DNA of 62,735 bases from a virus. Lineage: Duplodnaviria; Caudoviricetes. Numbering within the stretch: position 1 is the first letter of the stretch; each line of letters opens with the position of its first letter. The notes under the pieces were generated by a model. The model had not been told where the DNA came from. It ran no database searches and saw only the letters and a list, made by a program, of their open reading frames with translations. The stretch is from IMG/VR virus record IMGVR_UViG_3300002461_000940, positions 1 through 62,735 of that record, one strand, 5' to 3'. The position numbers and the translations under genes were made by a program. Of this stretch, positions 37,101 through 47,202 are shown one piece after another.

Positions 37101-38177
37101 GCGGGCGCTGCTCGTGCCGAGATCCAGAGCCTCAACGGCATGAACACCTCGAGCACGCACACGATCTACGTGCGCAAGGTCGAGACGAACGCCACCGGTG
37201 GCCTGGTCGGACGCGGCGTGCGCCAGTTTTCCGATGGTGGGGCGGTGTCGCCGGCGTTCCCGAGGATGAGCGGCGGCTCCGTTCCCGGCTCAGGGCACCA
37301 CGACACGGTGCCGCGCACGTTGGAGGCCGGGGCCTTCGTAATCCGCAAGGCGGCAGTGCAGAAGTACGGCGGCGGCGCCTTGGCGCGCTTGGCCAACGGC
37401 GTAGCGCGCTTCGCCGTCGGAGGCCCGGTGCGAGCGTTCGGTGGTGGTCGCGCACTGGCTGGCGGTGAACAACCCAGCCTGCCGAAGAAGAACCGCGACG
37501 CGGTCGAAGCTCAAAAGATGATCGAGCTCGGCCTGCAAGGCGTGGACCAGTACACCGGCTGGGTGCGGTGGAACTATGGCGCCTCGGTCAGCCTGGACAT
37601 GCGTCGCAAGACGATGGAGTACTGGGGCACGATGGCGCGCGATGACCGGCGCGCGCTCGATGAGTTCATCAGTCGCAAGACGCTCACCGGCAACGAACGC
37701 CAGACCCTGGAGCGCATCAAGCAGAACTGGCGACAAGCGATGGCGCAGCCGCTGCTCTGGGGCAAAGACCTGGAGCGCGACCTGATCGACTACATGGAGC
37801 AGAACCAGGGCGAGTTCTACCGGCGTGGCGGCATGGCGAAGTCCGACAGCGTGCCCGCCATGCTCACGCCGGGCGAGTACGTGGTGAACAAGGACGCGGT
37901 GGCGCGCTACGGCGCAGGCTTCTTCGAGTCGGTCAACAACCTGTCTGTGCCGGCCAGGGCGCTTGCGCAGCGAGTCCAGGGCTTCGCCACAGGCGGCCTT
38001 GTTCGCCCCGCAGGCGCGGCACCAACACGCCCAGTGCTGCCCGCCGATGGCACGCCGTCCCGGACAGTCCGGGTTGAACTGGCCGCAGGCGATCGCAAGG
38101 TGACAGCGACGGTCGATGGACGCGACGAGTCGCGCCTTCTGCAACTGTTGGAAGTGGCCCGCGCCCGGGCCGTCTGA
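34149..38177 (+). CDS. Tape measure protein
   Basis: 1342 aa; QFGQALASGVLRGEEFNSVVEN; long coiled coil; C-terminal DSVPAMLTPGEYVV. Confidence 0.95.
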   Translation: MSSKRISILVALEGADEGLKRAITSAERSLGELSSTAKTSGAKAASGIAEVRAGMSAFGEQVNRAKGQLLAFLTINWAGGKVQEIVQIADAWNMMSARLKLATAGQREYVTAQKELFAIAQRIGVPIQETATLYGKLQQAVRMLGGEQQDALSITESISQALRLSGASATEAQSSLLQFGQALASGVLRGEEFNSVVENSPRLAQALADGLNVPIGRLRKLAEEGRLTADVVVNALMSQKDKLASEYAQLPQTVSQSFERLRNAFAQWVSKVDESTGLTKKLAEALTFLANNLDTVMQWLKRIAEVGLAVLIYRLIPALITAWQTVGAAAVTAATATSAAWATANLSVSAAVASVGLLKTAFAVLGAFLVGWEIGTWLSEKFEIVRKAGIFMVEMLVKGIEQLRYRWEVFAAIFTSDTIAEATKRHEARLAEMNQIFAQMYADASRGADAAKGAMNTAATTAEEIAKRLEAVRQGTQEAVGRGIEAVHNALERLKTRIGEVDQAVGKANQTVNDATAKMAEAYKGLTSIVEANLLRQIEAVKARYQQEQSALETTKQSEAALITKATQLLTDALTQQTTLRRQATTDTLKLIDDESRARIDAARRQGQTEEERRANVQRVENEILATKRQTMTQALAEYRQHIDALNAEANRHLAEIKRIEEEKRQLSMTTEERIRDIRRQGMTEFEATEDRKRQVAEYQEKARTALANGEFEQARQLAQKAMDLASQVASAQTSEAKRGEDARKQSEQAVTQVTQIEAQSREAYRKQEYAQAEALMRQADQLRAELAQKTKESDAQIAQGKDGVNQAIQRIRESEEILNQTLDAEAKAHQRAAQSAISARDEIQRTLTETSNQIDQITAKLAEGLKVTLDADTSRFDQAIADLDKAIAEKQYLLAIQADLQEAEKKLKEYEQLLKEGKTLPLDADVSKAKDALAKLKVYADQNSQFELKVATEKAQAAIGNVERQILALDRLQTESRHQVNSNAGAARAEIQSLNGMNTSSTHTIYVRKVETNATGGLVGRGVRQFSDGGAVSPAFPRMSGGSVPGSGHHDTVPRTLEAGAFVIRKAAVQKYGGGALARLANGVARFAVGGPVRAFGGGRALAGGEQPSLPKKNRDAVEAQKMIELGLQGVDQYTGWVRWNYGASVSLDMRRKTMEYWGTMARDDRRALDEFISRKTLTGNERQTLERIKQNWRQAMAQPLLWGKDLERDLIDYMEQNQGEFYRRGGMAKSDSVPAMLTPGEYVVNKDAVARYGAGFFESVNNLSVPARALAQRVQGFATGGLVRPAGAAPTRPVLPADGTPSRTVRVELAAGDRKVTATVDGRDESRLLQLLEVARARAV

Positions 38178-38186
38178 GTCCCACCC

Positions 38187-38594
38187 ATGCAACTGAAAAG
38201 CCTCGCCACTGGGGTGGCTCTGCCATTGCCCGACGACTTGCTGTGGACCGAAGAGCACGCCTGGACGCCTGCCGTGGCCTCGGTGTCCTACCTGGTGACC
38301 GGCGCGCTGCTGGTGCAGTCCGCCGTGCGCCAAGCCGGCCGGCCGATCACGCTGGCGGGCGCCATCGACATGGCCTGGGTGACCCGGGCCACGGTTGGCG
38401 CGCTCTACGAGTGGGCCGCCGTCCCGCTGGGTGTGAGCAGCGGCCGCTTCGAACTGACGTTGGCTGACAGCCGTGTATTCGCAGTGGCCTTTCGGCACGG
38501 CGAGACGCCCGTCGAGGCTGAGCCCGTTGCTGGGTTTCCCGCCCGATCCGCCGACGACTTCTACCGACTGACCCTGCGATTCCTGGAGCTCTGA
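38187..38594 (+). CDS. Distal tail-like protein
   Basis: Follows the tape measure; LPDDLLW.EE..W, GRPITL. Confidence 0.7.
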   Translation: MQLKSLATGVALPLPDDLLWTEEHAWTPAVASVSYLVTGALLVQSAVRQAGRPITLAGAIDMAWVTRATVGALYEWAAVPLGVSSGRFELTLADSRVFAVAFRHGETPVEAEPVAGFPARSADDFYRLTLRFLEL

Positions 38595-38595
38595 C

Positions 38596-41500
38596 ATGCC
38601 GATCCAATCCGGCGACGTGAAACTGCTGAAGTCCGCCGTGATGGCGGACGTGCCGGAAGGTGGCGGCGCGCCCACCGGGATCACTATCGCCGACGGCGTC
38701 TCCAACGCCATCTTCCCGGACATCTCCGAACTGGATCGTGCGGGCGGCCGGGTGAACCTGCGCAAGTCCTTCGTCTCGGTGCAGACGGGCGACACCGACA
38801 CCTACTTCGGCGCGAACGTGATCGTCGCCGAGCCGCCGCAGGACCCGCGCGTCAGCGTGACGCTATTCAGCACGGCCAGGACCTTCGACACCCGCGAGCA
38901 GGCGCAGGTGCGCATCGAGGCCTATCTCAACAAGGGACCGGAGTGGGCCGGCTATCTGTTCGAGAACCACATCGCCGGCCAGCGCGTGATCCAGCTGTTC
39001 CAGCGCACGACCGACACCATCCCCAACGTCGGGCAGACGCTGGTGCTGATCGAGAACGAGGGGCTCGGCACGCAGAAGGAGCAGTACGTGCGGGCGACGT
39101 CGGTCTCGGTCGTCGAGCGCACGTTCACCTACAACAACGACCAGGACTACAAGGCCAGCGTCGTCACGGTCAGCATCAGCGACGCGCTGCGGTACGACTT
39201 CACCGGCTCGCCTGCAAGCCGGACGTTCACCCGGATCGGCAGCAACACCAAGGTGCGCGACACGGTGGTGGCCGACGCCGGCACCTACGTTGGGGTGGTG
39301 CCGCTCACCCAGGCAGCGTCCGTCGGTGACTTCACCATCAAGGGCGCCTCGATCTACACCCAGCTGGTGCCGAGCGCGCAGACTGAGACACCGATCTCGT
39401 TCGTGCCGCCGTATGCCGCCGCCGGTCTGCCGGTGCCAGGCGCCGTCGCGGTGAGCTACACAGCGAGCCACGCCTGGACGCCGAGCGTGGCTTTCAATCT
39501 GCCGGGCGGCTGCTTGCCGGGATCGCTCTCCATCCAGACAGCAGGCATCACGATCTTCGACGACGCGGGCCTGCTCAAGACGGCGAGCGGAACCATCGGC
39601 ACCATCGACTACGCCAACGGCATCCTGTCCCTGAACTCGGGCTCGATGTCGGGCTCCAAGGCCGTCACCTACACACCGGCGGCGCGAATTCTTCGGGCGC
39701 CGCAAAGCTCCGAGATTCCAATCACTCCGGAGTCGAGAAGCCAGTCCTACGTTGGTGCCGTGCTGCCGGTGCCGCAGCCGGGCACGCTGTCGATCAGCTA
39801 CATGGCGCAGGGGCGCTGGTACGTCCTGTCCGACGGTGGCAACGGATCGCTCAAGGGCCTCGACACCAGCTACGGCGCGGGCACAGTCAACCGCAATACC
39901 GGCGCCTTCGTGGTCACCCTGGGCGCGCTGCCCGACGTTGGCAGCTCGTTGATCCTGACCTGGAACGTCCCGACGCAGGAGACGCAGCAGCCGTCGACGA
40001 GCGTCAAGGCATCCCAGACACTGGTGCTGAGTCCACCGACCGGCACGGCGGTACAGCCCGGCTCGCTCAGCCTGTCGTGGGAGTACGACGGCGCGAAGAC
40101 CGCAGCGGCCAACGCAGCCGGCGAAATCTCGGGGGCTGCGACGGGAAGGGTGAGCATCGCGCAGAGCCGAGTGGACTTTGCGCCCAATGTGCTTCCCGAA
40201 GTGGGAACGCTGCTGACCGTGAGCTACGTGGCGGGCCCCAAGCAGGAGGACAGCTTCGCGCATCCTTCGCGCAACGGCTCGGGCCAGTTGCCGGTGACCG
40301 CCACGCTGGGTGCTATCGAGCCCGGTTCGCTCGAAGTCGAGTGGAACACCTTGACTGACGAGGCGGTGCTGGGTGTTTACACGATGCAGCAGCTGTGGGA
40401 GATGGGAATTGCGGTGTCCATCTGGCGCGACCCCATCCAGATCGCGCGCGACAACGGCAGCGGTACCGTGGTGCTGAACGGCATCAGCATCGGCACGGTG
40501 AACTACGCCACTGGGCAAGTGGCGTTCAACCCCGATGTGACGGTCAGGATTCCGCGACCCAACTACACGCCTGTGGCTATCACCGGTACAGCCAGTTGGC
40601 GCTTGAACTACAGCGGTCTGTCCTACGTCGACGCGCCGTCTGTGTATCCGAACGACGAATCCGGCTTCGTGAAGCTGCGCTACAACAGCCCGGGCTCCAC
40701 GAGCAGTCTGACCGAGACTCATCAGTTCACGCCCTCGTTCAAGCTGGTGCCCGGCGTCAATGCGCAGGTAGTCACCGGGACCGTGCTGCTCACTGTTCCG
40801 GACGCGCAGCCCTGGGGCGACAACGGGCAGGGCACCCTGCGCGAGTTCACGCCGAGCGGCTGGGTCACGCGCGGGTCGATCAACTACCTATCGGGCGACG
40901 TGGCGCTGACCTCCTGGACGGCCGGCACGAATAACGCGATCACGCGCGCCAGTTGCGTGACCACGGTCGGCGAGAACATCTCCAGCGAGTACGTGTTCCG
41001 CAGCGGTGCTGCGCCGCTGCGCCCGGGGTCGCTGTCAGTCCAGTTCGCCCGTGCAGTGGGTGGGACCCAAAGCGTCACGGCGGGCATCGACGGCCAAATC
41101 GAGGCGACCGGCCTCACCGGCGCGGTGGACTACGAGAGTGGTCTGGTTCGCCTGCGTTTCGGCCGGATGGTCACCGCCGCAGGCAACGAGAGCCAGCCCT
41201 GGTATGCCGCCGAAGGAGTGGGCGCCGACGGCAAGATCTTCAAGCCCGAGCCGGTGGCAGCATCCAGCGTGCGCTACAGCGCGGTGGCCTACAGCTACCT
41301 GCCGCTGGATGCGAACCTCCTGGGTATCGATCCGGTTCGCCTGCCCAGTGACGGGCGCGTGCCGATCTTCCGGCCCGGTGGCTTCGCCGTGGTCGGGCAC
41401 ACCGGGCGCATCACCACCTCGGTCAGCAACGGGCAGACCATCAGCTGCGCGCGCGTGCGCCTGTCTCGCGTGCGCGTGGTCGGCCACGACGGCGTGGTCA

Positions 41501-42183
41501 TCCACACCGGCTACACGGCCGATCTCGAAGCCGGCACCGTCACCTTCAACGATGTTTCCGGCTACAGCCAACCGGTGACCATCGAGCACCGCGTCGAGGA
41601 CATGGCCGTGGTGCGCGACGTGCAGATCAGTGGCGAGATCAGCTTCACGAGGGCGCTGACGCACGAATATCCGGTCGCGAGCCCGGGCGATCCGGCGTCC
41701 GGGAGCTTTGTGTCGAGCGCCCTGATCGCCGGCGATCTCTTTGCCCGGGTCAGCTTGGTGTTCGACCAGGCCACGTGGAGCGGCGCGTGGTCGGATGCGC
41801 TGGTGGGCAGTGCCGCCACGGCGACCTTCAACAACACGCAGTACCCGATCCTGGTCACCAATCGCGGCGCGCTGACCGAGCGTTGGATCGTGCGCTTCAC
41901 GAACAACACATCGTTCGACGTGATCGGCGAGAACGTCGGCGTCATCGCCACCGGCAACACCAGCGCTGACTGCGCGCCGAACAACCCGGCGACCGGCGTC
42001 CCGTACTTCGATCTTCCCGCGCTCGGGTGGGGCAACGGCTGGGCTACGGGCAACGTGCTGCGCTTCAACACCATCGGCGCGCAGTTCCCGGTCTGGGTGG
42101 TGCGCACCGTCCAGCAGGGCCCGGAGAGCGTGCCCGACGACAACTTCACCTTGCTGATTCGCGGGGATGTCGACACGCCTTGA
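38596..42183 (+). CDS. Large tail/baseplate structural protein
   Basis: 1195 aa beta-rich with repeated G.IDY..G motifs; IFPDISELDRAGGRVNLRK. Confidence 0.75.
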   Translation: MPIQSGDVKLLKSAVMADVPEGGGAPTGITIADGVSNAIFPDISELDRAGGRVNLRKSFVSVQTGDTDTYFGANVIVAEPPQDPRVSVTLFSTARTFDTREQAQVRIEAYLNKGPEWAGYLFENHIAGQRVIQLFQRTTDTIPNVGQTLVLIENEGLGTQKEQYVRATSVSVVERTFTYNNDQDYKASVVTVSISDALRYDFTGSPASRTFTRIGSNTKVRDTVVADAGTYVGVVPLTQAASVGDFTIKGASIYTQLVPSAQTETPISFVPPYAAAGLPVPGAVAVSYTASHAWTPSVAFNLPGGCLPGSLSIQTAGITIFDDAGLLKTASGTIGTIDYANGILSLNSGSMSGSKAVTYTPAARILRAPQSSEIPITPESRSQSYVGAVLPVPQPGTLSISYMAQGRWYVLSDGGNGSLKGLDTSYGAGTVNRNTGAFVVTLGALPDVGSSLILTWNVPTQETQQPSTSVKASQTLVLSPPTGTAVQPGSLSLSWEYDGAKTAAANAAGEISGAATGRVSIAQSRVDFAPNVLPEVGTLLTVSYVAGPKQEDSFAHPSRNGSGQLPVTATLGAIEPGSLEVEWNTLTDEAVLGVYTMQQLWEMGIAVSIWRDPIQIARDNGSGTVVLNGISIGTVNYATGQVAFNPDVTVRIPRPNYTPVAITGTASWRLNYSGLSYVDAPSVYPNDESGFVKLRYNSPGSTSSLTETHQFTPSFKLVPGVNAQVVTGTVLLTVPDAQPWGDNGQGTLREFTPSGWVTRGSINYLSGDVALTSWTAGTNNAITRASCVTTVGENISSEYVFRSGAAPLRPGSLSVQFARAVGGTQSVTAGIDGQIEATGLTGAVDYESGLVRLRFGRMVTAAGNESQPWYAAEGVGADGKIFKPEPVAASSVRYSAVAYSYLPLDANLLGIDPVRLPSDGRVPIFRPGGFAVVGHTGRITTSVSNGQTISCARVRLSRVRVVGHDGVVIHTGYTADLEAGTVTFNDVSGYSQPVTIEHRVEDMAVVRDVQISGEISFTRALTHEYPVASPGDPASGSFVSSALIAGDLFARVSLVFDQATWSGAWSDALVGSAATATFNNTQYPILVTNRGALTERWIVRFTNNTSFDVIGENVGVIATGNTSADCAPNNPATGVPYFDLPALGWGNGWATGNVLRFNTIGAQFPVWVVRTVQQGPESVPDDNFTLLIRGDVDTP

Positions 42184-42229
42184 GGGCGTGGGTCGACAGC
42201 CTCTTCACTCGCAGACTGGAACTCACGAC

Positions 42230-43501
42230 ATGCCTGATCTCACCGTCAAGTACTTCAACAGCGGCATGACCGGCGCGCCTCAGATCGCCAACAACTGGGG
42301 CGATCTGGTGAGCATGCTCGATGCCTGCCTGGTCAACGGCTTCGCGTTGAAGGCCATCGACACGCTGACCTCGGTGGGCGGCATCGCCACGGCCACCATC
42401 TCCTCCGGACATGCCTACCGCCCAGATCAAGTGGTGCTGATCGCCGGCGCCGAGCAGCCCGAATACAACGGGCAGTTCCGCGTGCTGACGACGACCACGA
42501 CTACCTTCACCTTCGCGGTGGAGGGCACGCCGGCCTCGCCCGCGACGACCACGTCGAGCCTGAGCGCCAAGGTGGCGCCGCTCGGCTGGGAGAAGCCATT
42601 CGCCGGAACGAACAAGGCGGCCTACCGGAGCAAGAACCCGCAGTCGCCGCAGAACCTGCTGCTGATCGACAACAGCCTCAAGACGCCGGGCTACACCACG
42701 TCCTGGGCCAAGTGGGCGAACGTCGGCATCGTGGAAGGCCTGGCCGACATCGACACCATCGTCGGTGCCCAGGCACCCTACGACCCGAATAACCCAACCC
42801 AGAACTGGAAGCAGGCCGCGGCCAACCAGTGGGGATGGCACAAGTGGTACCACGCACGCCAGGCCGGCTACGACAACTCCGGTGACAGCGGCGGCGGAAA
42901 CCGCAATTGGGTGTTGGTCGGTGACGACCGCCTGTTCTTCCTGTTCTGCAGCAGCGCGGCGGGGTATGGCTGGTACGGACGCAGCTCCTACTGCTTCGGC
43001 GACATCACGAGCTTCAAGCCGGGCGACAACTACGCCACCGTGCTGTGCGCCGACGACGTCTACTGGAGCAACAGCAGCAGCGGCTATTCCAGCTACCCGG
43101 GCCAGTTCAACGGCTATGGCCTGGTGTCCTCGCTCGACTTTGCCGCCAAGGTGCTGCTGCGCAACCACACGCAGCTGGGCAATCCAGTCCGCTTCGGAGT
43201 CACCTCACTCAACACCAACAACGGGCAGCAGATCTGCGGCCGCGGGCCGACGCCGTTCCCGAACGGCGCGGACTACAGCCTATGGTTGCTGCCAACCTAC
43301 GTGCGTCAGGAGGACGGCCATATCCGTGGGTTGATGCCCGGAATGCTGTGGATGCCGCAGGACCGGCCCTACAGCGACCAGACCATCGTCGACAACGTGG
43401 TCGGCCAGGCGGGCAAACGCTTCCTGCTGGTCCGCACGCAGTACAGCTCCGAGACCGAAGGCGCGCAGATCGCTTTCGACATCACCGGGCCCTGGAGGTG
43501 A
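42230..43501 (+). CDS. Tail fibre/receptor-binding-like protein
   Basis: GAPQ....G.L..MLDACLVNGF, APLGWEKPF; Gly/Asn/Trp-rich. Confidence 0.65.
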   Translation: MPDLTVKYFNSGMTGAPQIANNWGDLVSMLDACLVNGFALKAIDTLTSVGGIATATISSGHAYRPDQVVLIAGAEQPEYNGQFRVLTTTTTTFTFAVEGTPASPATTTSSLSAKVAPLGWEKPFAGTNKAAYRSKNPQSPQNLLLIDNSLKTPGYTTSWAKWANVGIVEGLADIDTIVGAQAPYDPNNPTQNWKQAAANQWGWHKWYHARQAGYDNSGDSGGGNRNWVLVGDDRLFFLFCSSAAGYGWYGRSSYCFGDITSFKPGDNYATVLCADDVYWSNSSSGYSSYPGQFNGYGLVSSLDFAAKVLLRNHTQLGNPVRFGVTSLNTNNGQQICGRGPTPFPNGADYSLWLLPTYVRQEDGHIRGLMPGMLWMPQDRPYSDQTIVDNVVGQAGKRFLLVRTQYSSETEGAQIAFDITGPWR

Positions 43502-43504
43502 CCG

Positions 43505-44590
43505 ATGGGCTACCCGCTCAGCGATACCTTCGCGTCAGCGCCCGCCTCGGGGTACACCACCGTGCTGGGTGGGATGTCCGCCAGCCACAACAGTTCGCAG
43601 CAGGCCATCGATGTCTTGGCGTCGACCACGCAGTCGATCCTGCGCTTCAACGAGACAGCGCACGGCGACTTCTGGTTCGAGGCCGACATCGAATTGCTGA
43701 CAGACCCGAGTGCGCGCAAGCACGTCGGCCTGTGGGTGACCACCGGCAACGCGGCAGAGGGCTACCGCTTCGCACATCTGGACGGCGCCTGGAGCGTGTC
43801 CCGGTGGAGCAGCGGATTCGGCGATGGCGCAGCGGTGACCGGCAGCGTCAACGACGGCGCCAGGCCGATGGCAAGCAGCGCCAGCACGGCGCCGACCTTC
43901 AACGTCGGACAGCGCCGGGTCCTGCGCTGCGAGGTGATCACCGGCGCGCCGGATGCGAATGGCGTGCCGTTGACGCGGCTGATCCAGTTCTCGGCCGGTG
44001 GTGTCGTGCTCTTCCAGGTGGCCGACGCGACTTACCGGGGCAAGCTGGTGCCGGGCGTTTTCCTCTACGGCGCCACGGCGCGCATCCATGCCATCGCGGG
44101 CGACACGCCATCGGGCCTGCCTGCGTTTCCTGCTGCGGTCGGAGTCAACGCGGCAGACGACCTGCAGCCGCTGACGGGCGGCTCCACCTCGGTACTGCCA
44201 AGCCCTGGGGCCAACATCGGCGTCAACGTCGATGCCGAACTGATGCGCCTGAACAGCCCGGCGTCCGAGCGGTGGAGCGAACCAGGTGTCTACGACCGCC
44301 ACTTCCGTGCGATCCCGTCCGGGCGCAAGAACATCCACTTCAGCGGCGTCGGCGTGATCGCGGGCACGGTCAAGGAGAAGGGCATCCCCGACCAGCCGCT
44401 GGAGCGGCGCGTCCAGCTCATCAGCGAGAACACGCGCTTGCTGGTGGCTGAGACCTGGAGCGATGCCAATGGAGACTATCGCTTCGATGTCATCGATCCG
44501 AACCAGCGCTACACAGTGGTCAGCTACGACCACAAGCACCTGTACCGCGCCGTCATTGCGGACAACCTGCAGCCGCAGTTGATGCCATGA
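43505..44590 (+). CDS. Tail-associated protein (beta-sandwich plus C-terminal Ig-like domain)
   Basis: C-terminus LVAETWSDANGDYRF...YRAVIADNL. Confidence 0.6.
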   Translation: MGYPLSDTFASAPASGYTTVLGGMSASHNSSQQAIDVLASTTQSILRFNETAHGDFWFEADIELLTDPSARKHVGLWVTTGNAAEGYRFAHLDGAWSVSRWSSGFGDGAAVTGSVNDGARPMASSASTAPTFNVGQRRVLRCEVITGAPDANGVPLTRLIQFSAGGVVLFQVADATYRGKLVPGVFLYGATARIHAIAGDTPSGLPAFPAAVGVNAADDLQPLTGGSTSVLPSPGANIGVNVDAELMRLNSPASERWSEPGVYDRHFRAIPSGRKNIHFSGVGVIAGTVKEKGIPDQPLERRVQLISENTRLLVAETWSDANGDYRFDVIDPNQRYTVVSYDHKHLYRAVIADNLQPQLMP

Positions 44591-44982
44591 CCGTCGCCAT
44601 CACCGTCGAACACAACGAGGCTCGACTCGCCGGCACGCTGAACTTCCTGGATGCAGGAAGCGATCCGGCGCGCCTGCGCATCTACGGCGGCACTCGCCCG
44701 GCGACGCCGGCCACGACACCGAGCAGCGCGATGCTGGTCGAGATCCGCCTGACCAAGCCTGCAGGCACGATCTCAAACGGGCTGCTGACGCTGACGCAGC
44801 AGGAGGATGGCCTCATCACCGCCAGCGGCCTCGCCACGTGGGCCCGGCTGGTCAATGGCGATGACGTCACGGCGCTCGACCTGGACTGCAGCGGCACCGA
44901 CGGCAATGGCGATGTGAAGCTGGCCAGCACCACTCTGTACCTGGGTGGTGACGCGCGCATGGTGTCGGCCATCCTGGGCTGA
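44587..44982 (+). CDS. Phage tail protein
   Basis: LRIYGGTRPA...ATWARL; in operon. Confidence 0.65.
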   Translation: MTVAITVEHNEARLAGTLNFLDAGSDPARLRIYGGTRPATPATTPSSAMLVEIRLTKPAGTISNGLLTLTQQEDGLITASGLATWARLVNGDDVTALDLDCSGTDGNGDVKLASTTLYLGGDARMVSAILG

Positions 44983-44999
44983 ACTCGTGGGCTGACGAC

Positions 45000-46967
45000 A
45001 TGCCAGATTCCGGGGCGTTGCAGATCCACCTGCGGTTCGACCAGCCGGCGCCCACCGACGCGCACCTGTTGTTCGGTGCGGATTACGTCCCGCCGCGCAG
45101 CGACCTGACGGTCCAGGCTGTCCTGCCGTTGCCGAGCGTCGCCATCAAGTTCATCCCGCCCGCGCGGGTTGAACTGCTGGTGCAACTGCCGGCGCTCACT
45201 GTGAGCTCGGTACTGCTGCGACCGAGCGTGCCGCTGGACGTAGGCGACGCCCAGGGCGCGATCCTGCCTGGCGTGGTGTTCGCCGGTGAGGTGCGGTACG
45301 ACTCGCGCACGCAGCGCCCGACCGTTGGCCAGACCGAGCACCCCTGGCACGTGGCCGGACGCACCGAGGATGGGTCGAAACAGGGTCAACAGGACGCTAC
45401 TGCCATGCCCTCGGGCTGGGGCGTCCCTTGGCGGGCCACGACCGCGCGGCCGCAGGGCATGGCGCACCGGCTGCCGCCGGTGTTGTCGGCTTCGCGCGAG
45501 CAGCGTCGAGCAGACCATCAAGACGCGACGCCGTTGCGGTGGGCGACGTGGCTGCGGCATCAGATCGCCACGCACATCGAGATGGTCCGCGAAGGCGTGT
45601 TCCAGAACGCCGGTGCGGTCCGCGATGCCACGCACTTCCGGCACCAGGACGGGGACCGCAGCAAGCGCGCGAACCGGCTGGGTTTCTGGCAAGGCGGTCG
45701 GAAGGTCACGCGCGGCCAGGGCTCGGACTTCCAGAGCGCGCGGGCTGCACTGCGGGGCTGGCGTGGTCGGTATCAGGAAGCGGTGCCGCCCCCGCCAGGG
45801 ATCAGCTTGCTGGTGATCCCGGTGCCGCCACCGACGACGCCTTGCTACACGCCGAGCACGGCCTTGCTGTTCGCCGCACTGGCCGCGACCGATGGCCATC
45901 TGCTGTTCATCTGTGAGAACCACGACAACCCGCCCCCGACAGGGGAGCCGGTGGTCGTTCCCATTCGGAGGCTGTACTTCGTGATCAACAACGTGACCCT
46001 GCACCGCGTGCCTGATGGCGCGGAGGTGCCGGTGTTCAACCTGTCGCTGTCGCTGGATGCGGCGTCCTGGACCTGGGGCTTCGAGGCGTCGCTGCCAGCG
46101 AGTGCCGAGTCGTTGGTCGACCCTGGCGCGGCGTCCGGTCCGGTGGAGCTGCTGGCCAGCGTGAACGGCACGGCCTTTCGGGTGCTGGCCGAGAACATCA
46201 GCCGCGAGCGCATCTTCGGCGACGCCAGCATCCGCATCTCGGGCCGGGGGCGGAACGCCGTGCTGGCCGCACCCTATGCGCCGGTGATGACCTTCTCGAA
46301 CGCCGAGGGCCGCACCGCTCGGCAACTGATGGACGACGTGCTGACCGTCAACGGTGTGCCGCTCGGTTGGTCCGTCGATTGGGGCCTGACCGACTGGAAC
46401 GTCCCGGCAGGCGCATTTGCCCACCAGGGGACGTGGATCGAGGCCCTGGCCGCCATCGCGGGGGCCGCTGGCGGCTACCTGATGCCCCATCCGATTGCGC
46501 AGAGCCTGCGGGTCCGACATCGCTACCCGGTGCCCCCGTGGGAGTGGGGCTCGGTCACCCCCGACTTCGTGCTGCCTGTGGACGCCGTGGCCCGCGAGTC
46601 CGTGCGCTGGCTGGAGAAGCCGGCCTACAACCGGGTGTTCGTCTCCGGCCAGGAATTCGGGGTGCTCGGCCAGGTGACGCGCGCCGGCACCGCAGGCGAC
46701 GTGCTGGCGCCGATGGTCGTGGACGCGCTGACTACCGAGGCGCCCGCGGCTCGTCAGCGGGGCATCGCCATCTTGTCCGACACCGGCCGCCAGATCGAGG
46801 TGAGCCTGCGGCTGCCCGTGCTGGCGGAGACCGGAATCATCGAGCCCGGAGCCTTCGTCGAGTACCAGGACGGCAGCATGACCCGGCTCGGGCTGGTGCG
46901 CGCCACGCAGGTGCAGGCCGGCTTCCCCGAGGTCTGGCAGACGCTGGGAGTGCAGGCTTATGCATAA
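45000..46967 (+). CDS. Phage tail hub/tip-like protein
   Basis: 655 aa; YNRVFVSG, TRAGTAGD; in operon. Confidence 0.65.
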   Translation: MPDSGALQIHLRFDQPAPTDAHLLFGADYVPPRSDLTVQAVLPLPSVAIKFIPPARVELLVQLPALTVSSVLLRPSVPLDVGDAQGAILPGVVFAGEVRYDSRTQRPTVGQTEHPWHVAGRTEDGSKQGQQDATAMPSGWGVPWRATTARPQGMAHRLPPVLSASREQRRADHQDATPLRWATWLRHQIATHIEMVREGVFQNAGAVRDATHFRHQDGDRSKRANRLGFWQGGRKVTRGQGSDFQSARAALRGWRGRYQEAVPPPPGISLLVIPVPPPTTPCYTPSTALLFAALAATDGHLLFICENHDNPPPTGEPVVVPIRRLYFVINNVTLHRVPDGAEVPVFNLSLSLDAASWTWGFEASLPASAESLVDPGAASGPVELLASVNGTAFRVLAENISRERIFGDASIRISGRGRNAVLAAPYAPVMTFSNAEGRTARQLMDDVLTVNGVPLGWSVDWGLTDWNVPAGAFAHQGTWIEALAAIAGAAGGYLMPHPIAQSLRVRHRYPVPPWEWGSVTPDFVLPVDAVARESVRWLEKPAYNRVFVSGQEFGVLGQVTRAGTAGDVLAPMVVDALTTEAPAARQRGIAILSDTGRQIEVSLRLPVLAETGIIEPGAFVEYQDGSMTRLGLVRATQVQAGFPEVWQTLGVQAYA

Positions 46968-47181
46968 CGTCTACGAGCAGTTTCGCCAGCTGCTTCCCAA
47001 CCCACCGCTGCAGGCCGGCACGGTGACCGACGTCGCGGTCGGCGTCGTCACCGTTCAACTGCCTGGTGGCGGCGTCGTCAAGGCGCGTGGCGCCGCCGGT
47101 CTCGGCCAGAAGGTGTTTGTCCGCGACGGCACGGTCGAAGCCGTAGCCCCCAGCCTGCCGCTCGAACTCATCGAGATCTGA
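46960..47181 (+). CDS. Small phage tail protein (OB-fold-like)
   Basis: 73 aa; VTVQLPGGGVVKARG. Confidence 0.65.
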   Translation: MHNVYEQFRQLLPNPPLQAGTVTDVAVGVVTVQLPGGGVVKARGAAGLGQKVFVRDGTVEAVAPSLPLELIEI

Positions 47182-47202
47182 CCTACCGCTGATTCATCCC
47201 CT

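Noticed and set aside
34140-40722. Long antisense ORFs (34140-36485, 37290-38801, 38863-40722) and similar ones elsewhere
   Set aside because: These are shadow frames of high-GC coding genes with no recognisable motifs or independent initiation signals.
42230-44590. Diversity-generating retroelement target in tail fibre genes
   Set aside because: No reverse transcriptase in the window and no TR/VR repeat pair was seen; AAC-richness is explained by Asn content.
31312-47181. Contractile tail, tailocin or gene transfer agent
   Set aside because: No sheath or baseplate wedge genes were recognised, and full integration, replication and head modules are present.
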